Virus record (IMG/VR): IMGVR_UViG_3300025086_000015 | Location: 11,870-75,869 of that record | Reading direction: 5' to 3' (one strand) | DNA from: a virus | Length of the DNA stretch: 64,000 nucleotides | In this document: piece after piece, positions 24,513-35,049 of the stretch | Position numbering within the stretch: position 1 is the first letter of the stretch | Layout of the letters: each line of letters starts with the position of its first letter | The notes under the pieces: model-generated | What the model was told of the DNA's origin: nothing | Seen by the model: the letters and a program-made list of their open reading frames with translations, nothing else | The model's database searches: none | Translations under genes and position numbers: made by a program

Positions 24513-25064
24513 ATGACAATAAATATAGATTTAAATCTACTTAAAGATACCAAGATGAGTGCTGATGAATTTTTAGCACTTTATCTTGTGTATCGTAAAG
24601 GGTATGGATATTTGTATGAGCTTGACTTAAACATTGACTGGACTAAATTAGAAAAAGATAGTTACGTAAAATTAGGAGAAACTATAGAGGAGAATACAGT
24701 TAGACAAGAGTTCATAGATTTATTTATTAAAGATTTCGATTCTATGTTTGCCCAGTTAATCTCTACTTACCCTATGAAAGTAAGTACTAATAATGGTATC
24801 CGAGTGTTACATGCCTCTAATCCAGATGCTAAGTCTAATGATAAAGCACGAAATAAATATCGTAAGCTTGTAGACGGTAAAGCACATGTTCATAAAAGAA
24901 TAATGGCTTTACTAGATGTACAGTTAACAGTAGAGAAGAATAATCTTCAATACTTACAGAACTTAGAAACATGGATTAATAACCATACTTGGGAAAAGTA
25001 TGAAAATATAACAGAAAATGACACAAAAGATAACGAACGACCAAGGATCACAAGATCCCTTTAA
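24513..25064 (+). CDS. Putative replication initiator / helicase-associated protein
   Basis: 183 aa; FAQLISTYP...YLQNLETWINNHTWE resembles phage initiator C-termini; directly upstream of dnaB. Confidence 0.5.
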   Translation: MTINIDLNLLKDTKMSADEFLALYLVYRKGYGYLYELDLNIDWTKLEKDSYVKLGETIEENTVRQEFIDLFIKDFDSMFAQLISTYPMKVSTNNGIRVLHASNPDAKSNDKARNKYRKLVDGKAHVHKRIMALLDVQLTVEKNNLQYLQNLETWINNHTWEKYENITENDTKDNERPRITRSL

Positions 25065-25968
25065 AGAGAAAGGCTTTAAAAGTATAAACAAAGCTATTAG
25101 TGCTTCTTTATATCAAGTAGAAAGTGGTATTAAAGGACAAAGACAAGTTTATAAAACAAAATGGGCTAGACTAAACAAAAATTTATTAGGTGGGTTACAA
25201 CCTGGTAAAATGTATGTAATTGCAGGTAGACCTGGTGTAGGTAAATCAGCATTTAGTAACCAATTAATTTTTGACTTATTAGATAATAATAAACATAAGA
25301 AACTGCTAGTTTTATATTGGAGCTTTGAGATGCCAGGCTATCAGCAAATTTTGCGTGCTGGCGCTAAAGGTTCAGGTAAACAAGTTAGTGAGTTATTATC
25401 AGTAGAACAAAAATTAGAGCATGAAGAGTATCAAAGATTTAAAGCAGAGGTATTGAAGTATGCACATTATCCTATTTATTTTAATAATGTTCCTAGAGAT
25501 ATGGAGTTTATTAAAGAGGCTAATGTAGATATAACTAACAAAAGACCTGATCATACTATTGTAAATGTGTTTGACCATTCTCGTTTAATTCTAAGCAGTA
25601 AAGAGATGGAATTGCAAAAACTTAATGAAGTATCTAAAGGATGTATGTGGATGCAATCAAAAATGGGAACAATTAACATTTTATTATCACAACTTAACCG
25701 TAACATAGAGCAAGAGCACCGTGCTAAGGCGCAGTATCAGCCATTGCTTACAGATTTATTTGGTGGTGATTCTATTGGTCAAGATGCACATGTAGTTATG
25801 ATGATACAACGTCCTTATGATTTATATGGTATTACTGATTTATATTGTGGTGAAGATCCTATTGGTCTTTTAGCAGTGCATGTAGAAAAGAACCGTGACG
25901 GCTTATTAGGAATGATACCTTTTGAAGCTGAGATGTCAACATTTACTATTAACGAAAGAAAGAAATAA
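25018..25968 (+). CDS. dnaB: DnaB-like replicative helicase (C-terminal ATPase domain only)
   Basis: AGRPGVGKS, SFEM, LSQLNRNIE, SIGQDAHVV and KNRDG motifs. Confidence 0.92.
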   Translation: MTQKITNDQGSQDPFKEKGFKSINKAISASLYQVESGIKGQRQVYKTKWARLNKNLLGGLQPGKMYVIAGRPGVGKSAFSNQLIFDLLDNNKHKKLLVLYWSFEMPGYQQILRAGAKGSGKQVSELLSVEQKLEHEEYQRFKAEVLKYAHYPIYFNNVPRDMEFIKEANVDITNKRPDHTIVNVFDHSRLILSSKEMELQKLNEVSKGCMWMQSKMGTINILLSQLNRNIEQEHRAKAQYQPLLTDLFGGDSIGQDAHVVMMIQRPYDLYGITDLYCGEDPIGLLAVHVEKNRDGLLGMIPFEAEMSTFTINERKK

Positions 25969-25969
25969 A

Positions 25970-26155
25970 ATGGATGAAAAAGAAAGAGCTATACATATTT
26001 GTAAAAATTTAGACCACACAATTAAAAATACCAAAAATGAAGGTATAAGAAGTGAGTTTGAATGGGCAAATTCAAGAGCCACAGTAAAAGACCTTAAAAG
26101 AAAAAAGGCAAATCTTATGAATAAATATAATTTAACCTCTAAAGACTTAAAATAA
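25970..26155 (+). CDS. Hypothetical basic protein
   Basis: Probable start MDEKER immediately after the dnaB stop. Confidence 0.55.
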   Translation: MDEKERAIHICKNLDHTIKNTKNEGIRSEFEWANSRATVKDLKRKKANLMNKYNLTSKDLK

Positions 26156-26331
26156 TGGAAGAAATAACACACGCTAGTATTAGATTTTTACTATATGGTA
26201 TTTTATTTGGCATGATGATAGTCATGTTTATAAGTACTATTCAATTTAGATCTTCTACCAAAAGCAATAACAAATTAATTGATAACATGAATAAAATGAA
26301 AGACAATGGAACTACCAAAAGCAAAGGTTAA
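26155..26331 (+). CDS. 58 aa membrane protein
   Basis: MEEITHASIRFLLYGILFGMMIVMFISTIQF...; TAATG coupling with the previous gene. Confidence 0.5.
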   Translation: MEEITHASIRFLLYGILFGMMIVMFISTIQFRSSTKSNNKLIDNMNKMKDNGTTKSKG

Positions 26332-27004
26332 AGCGAGCCGTAAATCGCCTAAAAACATGATAATATATGGTCCCCCTAAGATAGGTAAGACTACAGTATT
26401 GTCACAGTTAGATGATTGTTTAATTATTGACTTGGAAGATGGTTCAGACATGGTTGACGCTTTAAAAGTAAAAGCTAATAGTTTGAAAGACTTACAAGCA
26501 GTTGGTACAGCAATTATGAAGGAAGGGAGACCTTATAAATATATAGCTATTGACACTATTTCTAAATTAGAAGAAATGTGTGAATCATATGCTAAGCAAA
26601 TTTATATGAAAACTCCAATGGGTAAAAACTTTGAAACTAAGAACCCTGGTGCATCAGTACTATCATTGCCTAATGGCGCTGGCTACTTATATTTAAGAAT
26701 GGCCTACAAAGAATGGATAGATAAATTGAATAAACTAGCGGATCATATTATCTTAGTTGGACACTTAAAAGATAAGATGCTTGAGAAGAAAGGTAAAGAG
26801 GTTGCTGTTAAGGACCTTGATTTAACTGGTAAGATCAAGCAGATTACTTGTGCTAATGCTGATGCAGTTGGTTACATATTTAGAGAAGGAGATGAAACTA
26901 AGATTTCATTTGATTCAATGGATGATATAACTGCTGGTAGTAGATGCGAACACTTAAAGGGTAAGACCATGCCTTTAGAATGGTCAAAAATATTTATAGA
27001 TTAA
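26306..27004 (+). CDS. AAA_24 / Sak4-like ATPase
   Basis: IIYGPPKIGKTT, IIDLEDG, IAIDTISKLE and ADAVGY motifs. Confidence 0.85.
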   Translation: MELPKAKVKASRKSPKNMIIYGPPKIGKTTVLSQLDDCLIIDLEDGSDMVDALKVKANSLKDLQAVGTAIMKEGRPYKYIAIDTISKLEEMCESYAKQIYMKTPMGKNFETKNPGASVLSLPNGAGYLYLRMAYKEWIDKLNKLADHIILVGHLKDKMLEKKGKEVAVKDLDLTGKIKQITCANADAVGYIFREGDETKISFDSMDDITAGSRCEHLKGKTMPLEWSKIFID

Positions 27005-27015
27005 ACACAAAAAAA

Positions 27016-27384
27016 ATGATTGAATCAAGAAGCGCTGTAGAGCCTAGTACTACGACGGGAACAAAACCTACCAAAATAACAACTAGTATGATTATTGCTG
27101 ATTTAGAAAATGGCATAGATCGTAATGGTATCAAAGACAAGTATTCTTTAGAAGCTTGGGAAGTTAAACAAATGTTTATCCACCCTGCATTAAAAGGTAA
27201 GAAAGCTAAGAAAGTTAGAAAATTATCTTTTGAATTTGTAGATGATACTGAAAATGCTGTAGATCCTAATCAAACTAGCATTGAAGTACCTACAATTGAG
27301 GATACTTTAGATTTAGTAAAAGAACAACAAGCTGAAGAGTTTGGAGAAGACTTTGACAACGAGTCAGACGAATTTGAATATTAA
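27016..27384 (+). CDS. Hypothetical protein with acidic tail
   Basis: Probable start MIESRS at 27016; HTH-like core followed by a D/E-rich C-terminus. Confidence 0.6.
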   Translation: MIESRSAVEPSTTTGTKPTKITTSMIIADLENGIDRNGIKDKYSLEAWEVKQMFIHPALKGKKAKKVRKLSFEFVDDTENAVDPNQTSIEVPTIEDTLDLVKEQQAEEFGEDFDNESDEFEY

Positions 27385-27404
27385 TAATTAAAACCGATAA
27401 AAAA

Positions 27405-28190
27405 ATGGCAATACAAAGTAATGCAAGTACAGAAGAAGTAATGGGCGGAATGAAAACATTCTCAGGCCTAACAAATGTTAGTGTAGTAGCAGTAAATCCA
27501 ACAATGGCGGAATTACATGCAATGGACATTAATGTTAAACAAGAACCTAATTATACAGTAGAATTTAGTGGTGAATCATACAATAAAATTGTATTCTGGC
27601 TAAATAATTCTGATGGTAATTTTAGGTTAGAAATTTTAATGCAAAATAAACCTAAAGTTTCTCAAACTGGCAAACACCAGTGGATGAATGCAATTGGCCA
27701 ATCTACGTGGTCTACTGACGAACCAACTTATGACTGGTGGAAAACAGAAGGACAGCGTAAAGCTTATACAGGTGAGGAGACTCTAATTAATTTTGTTAAA
27801 GCATGGGCTAACGTAGCATCAGGTGACGAAGTAACATTTGACACTATGCCAGCTATTGCAAACGGCACTACAGCAGAAATTAAATCTTTAGTTGAGGCTC
27901 TTAAAGGAAATCAAGTTAGAGTTCTTATAGGTGTTAAAGATAGTAAATACCAACAAGTATATACTAAGTATTTTGGTAGAATTAAGCCACAAAGAGATGA
28001 TTTATTTATCAAAGCGCTTAATGATGACTATGGTTCATTTAATGCTGACTTTAATGCAGATTTAGTTTGGGGTACACATGTTGCAACTACTAAACTAGTA
28101 GCTCCAGACACTATTGCAGAAGAAGATGACTGGACAATGCCTGATGAGCCTCAAAATGGTGTTAAAGCAACAGAAAACGCGCCGTTCTAA
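27405..28190 (+). CDS. Single-stranded DNA-binding protein (crAss-like)
   Basis: 261 aa between the Sak4-like ATPase and primase; acidic tail ending in PF. Confidence 0.6.
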   Translation: MAIQSNASTEEVMGGMKTFSGLTNVSVVAVNPTMAELHAMDINVKQEPNYTVEFSGESYNKIVFWLNNSDGNFRLEILMQNKPKVSQTGKHQWMNAIGQSTWSTDEPTYDWWKTEGQRKAYTGEETLINFVKAWANVASGDEVTFDTMPAIANGTTAEIKSLVEALKGNQVRVLIGVKDSKYQQVYTKYFGRIKPQRDDLFIKALNDDYGSFNADFNADLVWGTHVATTKLVAPDTIAEEDDWTMPDEPQNGVKATENAPF

Positions 28191-29191
28191 TGGCTATACG
28201 CAGTAGAAGCAGCGACGATCATTTACATACTGATGTCATACTTGGAAAAATTTCTGAGTATGACATTTTTGTGTATTATGTTCCTAGCTTTAAGAAGCTT
28301 GGTAAGAAGTTTAATAGTGAACTGCGGGAGGATAAAACTCCTACAGTTTCTATTATTCCTTACAACGGCAGATTATTATACAAGGATTTCGGTCATTCTG
28401 AACACGCTTTTAACTGCTTTAGTTATATACAGTATAAATACAATTGCTCTTTTATTGATGCTTTGCGAATTATCGATTGTGATTTTAAGTTAGGACTATC
28501 TTCTAATGCTTCAGGTAAAAAATTTACTATGGGTATAATGGGATATAGACAAACTAAAACTCCACGATTTGAAAAACCTGAAGTTATTATTCAAAAACGT
28601 AAACGTCTTTGGTCTTCTGAAGATGCGAAATTTTGGTCTAAATACTTTGTCAGTAAAAAAGTTTTACGTAGTTTTGCCGTAGAACCGATAAGTCATTTCT
28701 GGGTAAATGGTACTAGATTCAGTTGTAAATCAATTACTTACGCTTTTAAATTTAATAATCGGTATAAGATCTATTCTCCTTATGATGAACAAAATAAATG
28801 GTTAAGCAACACGAAAAAAACAGACGTGCAAGGCTATAATCAACTCCCAGATACTGGTGAGCGACTAATCATCACTTCTTCACTAAAAGATGTTATGTGT
28901 TTACATAGCGCAGGTTATCATTCGATAGCTATGCAAAGTGAAATGCAACTTCCAGAGGAAAAATTAATAAGTGAGCTTAAACAAAGATTCAATACAATAG
29001 ACATTTTATACGATAATGATTTTGACAAAGAAACTAATCCAGGTCAAACAATGGCCAAAAAGATTTGTGACTTATATGGTTTTAAAAATGTATGCATCCC
29101 TGACAAATTCAAATCTAAGGACCCTTCTGATTTGGTTAACAAGGTAGGTGCTTTAACTGAACTTAAAAACATATTAAATGACAAGAGATGA
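28190..29191 (+). CDS. dnaG: DNA primase (TOPRIM, crAss-like)
   Basis: SELREDKTPT, YKDFG, IITSSLKDVMCL, ILYDND and KDPSD motifs. Confidence 0.85.
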   Translation: MAIRSRSSDDHLHTDVILGKISEYDIFVYYVPSFKKLGKKFNSELREDKTPTVSIIPYNGRLLYKDFGHSEHAFNCFSYIQYKYNCSFIDALRIIDCDFKLGLSSNASGKKFTMGIMGYRQTKTPRFEKPEVIIQKRKRLWSSEDAKFWSKYFVSKKVLRSFAVEPISHFWVNGTRFSCKSITYAFKFNNRYKIYSPYDEQNKWLSNTKKTDVQGYNQLPDTGERLIITSSLKDVMCLHSAGYHSIAMQSEMQLPEEKLISELKQRFNTIDILYDNDFDKETNPGQTMAKKICDLYGFKNVCIPDKFKSKDPSDLVNKVGALTELKNILNDKR

Positions 29192-30347
29192 AATTATTGA
29201 AAAACTGAGAACAAGAAAAGGTTTCTTAAAAAAAGGAGCACAATGGTTAGCCGATAAATGGGAAACAGATATAGCAATTATTAGAGATTGTAAAAAGCTT
29301 GTAACTTCTGAAGAGTGGGTACAAGAGAGAATGAATAATGATAATGGTCACGAGTTGACTGAGAGTCAAGCATTCTCAAAACATTTATTGGATAATGGAT
29401 TGACAATGGCAGATGTAAAGTCTGTTAAATTTTGGCAAAACTTTAATGGAGAGCAAAGATATAGTATAGTAACTCATAACCAATGGCATGAACAGCCGCA
29501 GGTTAAAGAGGAGTTATTAGATTATTTTAGATCTAAATCACATAAAGTTAAAAAGCTTAAATATACTAAACCTAAAGACCCTGTATTATATGAAATATCA
29601 TTACCAGATATACATTATGGTAAGATAACAGAAGATGACCCGGGAACTATAGAAGATCATTATATGAAAGCTATAGTAGATTTACATAGAAAAGCAGATG
29701 GAATTGAGATAGATAGATTTTTATTGCCTGTAGGTAATGATGGTCTTAACTCTGAAGGTTATTCTAGAGCTACTACTAAAGGGACACCTCAACAAGATCA
29801 TATGTTATGGCGTCAATCTTTTAGAGGTTATTGGCATTTAGTTATGAAAGCTATTGACTACTTAGCACAATTTGCACCGGTAGATGTTGTAGTTGTACAG
29901 GGTAATCATGACTTTGAACGTATGTTTTATGTGGGAGAAGTTTTAGATGCTATGTATCATAACAATAAAAATGTAACAATAGATAATAGTTTAGATACTC
30001 GTAAGTATTATGAGTATGGGACTAATATGATTATGTTTACACATGGTGATAAAGAAAAATCTCAAGAACTTCCGCTATTAATTGCCACTGAGCAGCCAGA
30101 GATGTGGAGCAGATGTAAAGTTAGGGAAGTACATTGTGGACATAAGCATAAAGAGATGCTAAATGAATACATGGGAACTAAAGTTAGATTTATCCCATCT
30201 ATATGTGGTAACGATGCTTGGCATAAAACTCAAGGATATGTTGGTACATTAAGATGTGGGCAAGCATTTATCTGGAATAAAAATAGAGGTCTGGAAGGGT
30301 ACCTTCAAACTAACATCATGAATTATGGCGTGGAAAAGAAGAGCTAA
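29178..30347 (+). CDS. Calcineurin-like metallophosphoesterase / nuclease
   Basis: DIHYG, GND, GNHD, THGD and GHKH motifs. Confidence 0.85.
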   Translation: MTRDEIIEKLRTRKGFLKKGAQWLADKWETDIAIIRDCKKLVTSEEWVQERMNNDNGHELTESQAFSKHLLDNGLTMADVKSVKFWQNFNGEQRYSIVTHNQWHEQPQVKEELLDYFRSKSHKVKKLKYTKPKDPVLYEISLPDIHYGKITEDDPGTIEDHYMKAIVDLHRKADGIEIDRFLLPVGNDGLNSEGYSRATTKGTPQQDHMLWRQSFRGYWHLVMKAIDYLAQFAPVDVVVVQGNHDFERMFYVGEVLDAMYHNNKNVTIDNSLDTRKYYEYGTNMIMFTHGDKEKSQELPLLIATEQPEMWSRCKVREVHCGHKHKEMLNEYMGTKVRFIPSICGNDAWHKTQGYVGTLRCGQAFIWNKNRGLEGYLQTNIMNYGVEKKS

Positions 30348-30771
30348 AAAACCTGGAAGAAGTAAAGTTAAGAATGCTAAAAAATCTACTTATGACGGTA
30401 AAAACTTTCAATCTAATTTAGAGCTATATTGCTATAAACAATTAAAAGAAGCTGAAATAATAGTAGAATATGAAGAAACTACATTTACAATATTTGAAGG
30501 AGTTGTATATCCGCAAGCGTGTTATGAAGGAACAGCTAAAAAGTTATATAACAAAGGATCTAAAATCCGGCCGATTACATACACTCCTGACTTTGTAGAT
30601 CCTAACGGTAAGTTTATTATAGAAACAAAAGGCTATGCAAATGAGTCTTTTCCTTTAAGGTGGAAATTATTTAAAAAACATCTTAAAGATAACAATCATC
30701 ACTATGTGCTATTTATGCCTCGGAATAAAAAGCAAGTAGATGAAGTTGTTTCACTTATCAAACAATTATAA
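30325..30771 (+). CDS. PD-(D/E)xK endonuclease (DUF1064 / T7 endonuclease I-like)
   Basis: FQSNLE...YTPDF...IIETKG. Confidence 0.85.
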   Translation: MAWKRRAKKPGRSKVKNAKKSTYDGKNFQSNLELYCYKQLKEAEIIVEYEETTFTIFEGVVYPQACYEGTAKKLYNKGSKIRPITYTPDFVDPNGKFIIETKGYANESFPLRWKLFKKHLKDNNHHYVLFMPRNKKQVDEVVSLIKQL

Positions 30772-30772
30772 C

Positions 30773-30796
30773 AAGGGCCCTTCGGGGCTCTTTTTT
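30773..30796 (+). terminator. Rho-independent terminator
   Basis: GGGCCC-TTCG-GGGCTC followed by TTTTTT. Confidence 0.85.
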
Positions 30797-30820
30797 ATTA
30801 ACCAATTAAACACTAAAATT

Positions 30821-31036
30821 ATGAATTATGATGACTGGAAACTATCCAATCCAATAGATGATGGGTATGGATACAACATGGTAAGCAATTGCTGTGGAGC
30901 AAGAATGGATGAAGACCAAGGTCTTTGTTATGAATGTAAAGAGCACTGTGAACCTATGGAAGATTATGAATATGCAGAAAGAATGCATGATAATTATCTA
31001 GAAGACAGAATGGACGAAGAAAGATTAGGGCTATGA
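30821..31036 (+). CDS. Small Zn-ribbon protein
   Basis: Probable start MNYDDWKL at 30821; SNCCGA...CYECKEHC. Confidence 0.65.
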   Translation: MNYDDWKLSNPIDDGYGYNMVSNCCGARMDEDQGLCYECKEHCEPMEDYEYAERMHDNYLEDRMDEERLGL

Positions 31037-31431
31037 AAAATGTTAATTATAAAAAATGGGTTCAATCTCTTAAAGAGGGAGATCTTGTATTAGCATTAGA
31101 TGGGCAATGGAGTGGACCGGTTTTGTTCCTAGCATGGAATGGAGACAGTGCTACTAATGGGTACAGAGCTCAACATTTATTTATTCCTGATTGGAATATA
31201 CATCATCACTGGTACGGACGACAAGACGATCCTCAACAAGCTTGTGATGAACAATGGGAATCAACATTGACTGAGCTTAAACAGCAAGGAGCTAAGTCTC
31301 GAAGCTTTTATGTAACAACAGTTAATGCAAGAGCAGAAGAACGATATTTCCCATTTCCAACTGAGTTCTTAGATAAGAATCAAATTAAATTTATTAAATT
31401 AATAAACAAAATAAAAGGATATGAGTATTAA
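31033..31431 (+). CDS. Hypothetical protein
   Basis: 132 aa; ATGA-coupled to the previous gene; overlaps the rIIA start. Confidence 0.6.
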   Translation: MKNVNYKKWVQSLKEGDLVLALDGQWSGPVLFLAWNGDSATNGYRAQHLFIPDWNIHHHWYGRQDDPQQACDEQWESTLTELKQQGAKSRSFYVTTVNARAEERYFPFPTEFLDKNQIKFIKLINKIKGYEY

Positions 31432-34183
31432 AACAATTGATAAACCTATGCAGGGCAGCGCCGGCATAGCTAAAAAGATAAACAAAGGCGCTGAGAAGAT
31501 GGTATTTGACATTCTTCAATCTACACAATATTCTATGCCAGTTCAGTCTACAGTTAGAGAGCTTGTAACAAATGCATGTGACTCTCAACGTGAGAAAGAA
31601 GTAGCTAGAGAAATATTGTTGGGCACAAAGAAAGTTGAAGACTATTATATTGAACGTCATGGCGCTCAGTATGAAGATAGTAATTTTGATAAAGATTATT
31701 ATAGCATTGGATACCTCAACACTGAAGCTAATCATATAGATTTAGTATATGAAAAAAATGAAGGTGTAAGTTATTGTGATGTATTTAAAATTACTGACTA
31801 TGGTGTAGGTATTGGAGCAAGACGTTTAGAAGGTATATTGGAACTAGGTTATTCTACGAAAAGAAATACTAGTGAAAATTTTGGTGCCTTTGGTCTTGGT
31901 GCTAAAGCTGCGCTATCAACAGGAGTAGATTTTTATACAATTGAAACTGTATATAATGGTATGAGGTTTAAATGTAATTGTTATAATTACAAAACTGATT
32001 TCATTATACCTGCTTTTAATGTAGAAGAAGGCAAACCTAATCCATTTATTACTTTTAGTGATGGCACTAAAGTATATTATGAAAACTATGGTGGAGATGA
32101 TATAGATGGCGGTAAAAATAGAACTACTGTATCATTTGGTGTTAAGAAACACAATCGTAATAAGTTTGAAGAAGCTATTGAAGAGCAGTTAATGTACTTT
32201 GACAACGTTAACTTTAAAATTATTGATAATGAGGATGAAGGGTATGAAAGAACTGTTAAATTTAAAGCTGAAGTAATTTATAATTCTAAAAACCTGATTG
32301 TTTCTGATTCATATTACTTTAATAAGCCACATATTGTACTTGTTAAAGATGAGAATGCTACTACAGGTATTAACTATGGTTATATTGACTTTCGTGAACT
32401 AGAAATGGAGCAGATGTATGGTTCTATTGCGTTTAAATGCCCAGCTCGTCAAGTTATTACTAATGATGATGGAACAGAAACTGTTTTACAAGATGGTGTA
32501 GATGTTACTCCGTCTCGTGAGAAAGTGATATGGAATGAAGCTACTAAGAATTATATTAAAGGTGTTGTTATGGCAGCAGCTCAAGAAGCTAGTGAGATTA
32601 TTCAAGAAGAGTTACAAGAAACTGACTTTCTTAAATGGATTGATGCTTGTAGGTCAATTATCACCGGGAACAGTAGCGAGAACAGAATTCTTAATAAGTT
32701 AGCACGTATTATTAATACTGAAGATCTTAAGCCTAAGTTTGGGCCTGATCCTCGAATTAAATATGGTCCCGCTAATAAGTTATTTGAAGGTTTAAATATT
32801 ATGAAACCTTATATGTTAAATAGCGAAATGAAAAGAGAGTCTATTAAGGATTGGCAAGGATTTGATGCTAAGCATTTTTATGAAAGAGAAGAAAAGTGGT
32901 CTAAATATAAAGATATGTATCTTCTAGAATTAAACCAAGAAACTTCTTATAATAAAAATTACGTTTGTACTTACACTTTAGAAGACTTAGAGACAAGGTT
33001 TAATAGCGCTCTTGCAAAAGCTGCAGGTAATCCTGATGCTATTAAGAAAGTTATGAAAGAAAAATCTAGAGTTACAGCTAAGCGTCGAGCTATTCTTAAA
33101 CTTATTGAAGAATCTGAATGGTATAAGAATTACGATGAGGTTGAAATTCCTGAAGAATGGTTGAAAGGCCGTAAAGAGGAAGAAGCTCAAGAAGAAGAAA
33201 AAGCTAAATTTTCTAATTTATCTCCTGCAGAACGTAGAGAGATAGAAAAGAGAATAGTTGCCTACACTGTTAGATATGATGATAAGAAAGATGATTATTT
33301 TACTATGGATAAGATTGAACCTAAAACGGTTGATATTATGAATAGTAAATATCGTACTTATTATTGTACTAAAGAAGATGAAGGTAAGATGAAAAAAGCT
33401 GCTTTACTTCTTAAAGAAATTCAGCCTAAGCATAATCAAGTATATGCTAACAGTAATCTTAGTACTTGGGATAAAGGACATAAATACCCAGTTTACTGGT
33501 TTGATAATCCTCCAGTTAGTATGATGAAATGGAATTCTGATGAATACGAAGATTGGGCTACACCCGCTCAAGGATGGGATGCACCTCAGCTTATTCGTGT
33601 AAGTCAGAATAAAGTTAAGTTTATCACTAAGAATCCTAATGTTAGACATATTGATGACCTATTTTTACAAACGAACGACAAAAATGAATATATTATGGAC
33701 GAAACATTAGTAAATTATTACACAGCACATAAACTAAAAAGGATAAATGAATTTAAATTTATGCAAGGTTTAGGCTGTATACACGACCAATTACAAAAAG
33801 ACTATTGTAAACTACAAGACATGAGGAATGATACTTATGCTGAGTTTGAGTATAGACGAGTGAGAGATGTAGCACCAGCTATAACTGATCACATGGATAA
33901 ACTATATGAGTTCCAAAAGTTTTGTAATGAGTGTGACGATGCAGAGCTAATACAAGAAAAGTCAAAAGAGATGTTTGTTTTGGCTGATATTAGTAATGCC
34001 AGGGCTGCAGATTTAGACATACTAAAAAAGTATGAGAATCTAATTGAATTTGCAGAGGAAATTAAACCGCTTTTAGATGAGCTAGATTGTCTTAGAGAAC
34101 GCCAGTGTGATATGACACCTGAGCTAGAGAAAGAAATCAGAATCTACCTAAGAGCAAAATCCCGTGAGACATGGGACTCATAA
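31421..34183 (+). CDS. rIIA: rIIA-like protein with GHKL/HSP90-type ATPase
   Basis: RELVTNACDS, DYGVGIG, STKR...GAFGLGAK and DVTPSRE motifs. Confidence 0.82.
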   Translation: MSIKTIDKPMQGSAGIAKKINKGAEKMVFDILQSTQYSMPVQSTVRELVTNACDSQREKEVAREILLGTKKVEDYYIERHGAQYEDSNFDKDYYSIGYLNTEANHIDLVYEKNEGVSYCDVFKITDYGVGIGARRLEGILELGYSTKRNTSENFGAFGLGAKAALSTGVDFYTIETVYNGMRFKCNCYNYKTDFIIPAFNVEEGKPNPFITFSDGTKVYYENYGGDDIDGGKNRTTVSFGVKKHNRNKFEEAIEEQLMYFDNVNFKIIDNEDEGYERTVKFKAEVIYNSKNLIVSDSYYFNKPHIVLVKDENATTGINYGYIDFRELEMEQMYGSIAFKCPARQVITNDDGTETVLQDGVDVTPSREKVIWNEATKNYIKGVVMAAAQEASEIIQEELQETDFLKWIDACRSIITGNSSENRILNKLARIINTEDLKPKFGPDPRIKYGPANKLFEGLNIMKPYMLNSEMKRESIKDWQGFDAKHFYEREEKWSKYKDMYLLELNQETSYNKNYVCTYTLEDLETRFNSALAKAAGNPDAIKKVMKEKSRVTAKRRAILKLIEESEWYKNYDEVEIPEEWLKGRKEEEAQEEEKAKFSNLSPAERREIEKRIVAYTVRYDDKKDDYFTMDKIEPKTVDIMNSKYRTYYCTKEDEGKMKKAALLLKEIQPKHNQVYANSNLSTWDKGHKYPVYWFDNPPVSMMKWNSDEYEDWATPAQGWDAPQLIRVSQNKVKFITKNPNVRHIDDLFLQTNDKNEYIMDETLVNYYTAHKLKRINEFKFMQGLGCIHDQLQKDYCKLQDMRNDTYAEFEYRRVRDVAPAITDHMDKLYEFQKFCNECDDAELIQEKSKEMFVLADISNARAADLDILKKYENLIEFAEEIKPLLDELDCLRERQCDMTPELEKEIRIYLRAKSRETWDS

Positions 34184-35031
34184 CAAAGGACACTAGGAAG
34201 ACGTTTAAAATACGTTTTTCTGGTAGGTCCACAGATTTTATTAGTCCTAGTTTTGGTTATGGATGCTTATACAATTGCTCATATTGTTACATGAAGCGCC
34301 ATAAACCCAAGGGATTATCTATTGCTGTGAATACGGGTGATATATTGACTGAAATCAATAATCATGCGTATTTCACTCCAGTGGAGAAACCTAATCAGAC
34401 ACATGCAGAATTTACTACTTACGACATTAGTTGTAACGAAGATTTTGCATTACATGCTAAGTATCATGATTGGCAAAAAGTGTTTGAGTTTTTCAGAGAT
34501 CATCCTGTAGCAATGGCTAGCTTTGCAACTAAATATGTAAATCCAGACTTAACTACATTTGATCCTCAAGGAAAAGTACGTGTTAGATTTAGTCTTATGC
34601 CTCAGCATAAATCAGATCTACATGAACCAGGCACCTCTAAAATAATTGATAGAATAAAAGCTATCGATGCATTTATAGATGCAGGGTATGATGTACATGT
34701 TAACTACAGCCCTATTATTGTGTATGATGGGTGGCTAGATGACTATGAAGAAATATTTGACATGATGAATAACTATGTTGAATATAAAGACCAAGTATTA
34801 GCAGAATGTATCTTTTTAACGCATAATTTTAAGAAACATGTTGTAAATTTGCAAAACCATCCTAAGACAGAAGTAGACTTGTGGGTTCTTGATAAACAAG
34901 AAGTTAAGACGTCTCAATATGGTGGAGAAAATGTGAGATACAAGCTTGGTCTTAAATCTGAGTACATAAAAGAATTTAAAATTTTACACAATTCCAAAAT
35001 ACCGTGGAATAAAATACGGTATATTTTTTAA
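34171..35031 (+). CDS. splB: Spore photoproduct lyase-like radical SAM enzyme
   Basis: GCLYNCSYCYM (CxxxCxxC); DISCNED resembles the SPL catalytic Cys region; ATKY, RVRFSL and QYGG...RY motifs. Confidence 0.8.
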   Translation: MGLITKDTRKTFKIRFSGRSTDFISPSFGYGCLYNCSYCYMKRHKPKGLSIAVNTGDILTEINNHAYFTPVEKPNQTHAEFTTYDISCNEDFALHAKYHDWQKVFEFFRDHPVAMASFATKYVNPDLTTFDPQGKVRVRFSLMPQHKSDLHEPGTSKIIDRIKAIDAFIDAGYDVHVNYSPIIVYDGWLDDYEEIFDMMNNYVEYKDQVLAECIFLTHNFKKHVVNLQNHPKTEVDLWVLDKQEVKTSQYGGENVRYKLGLKSEYIKEFKILHNSKIPWNKIRYIF

Positions 35032-35049
35032 CCAATTAAATATTTAATT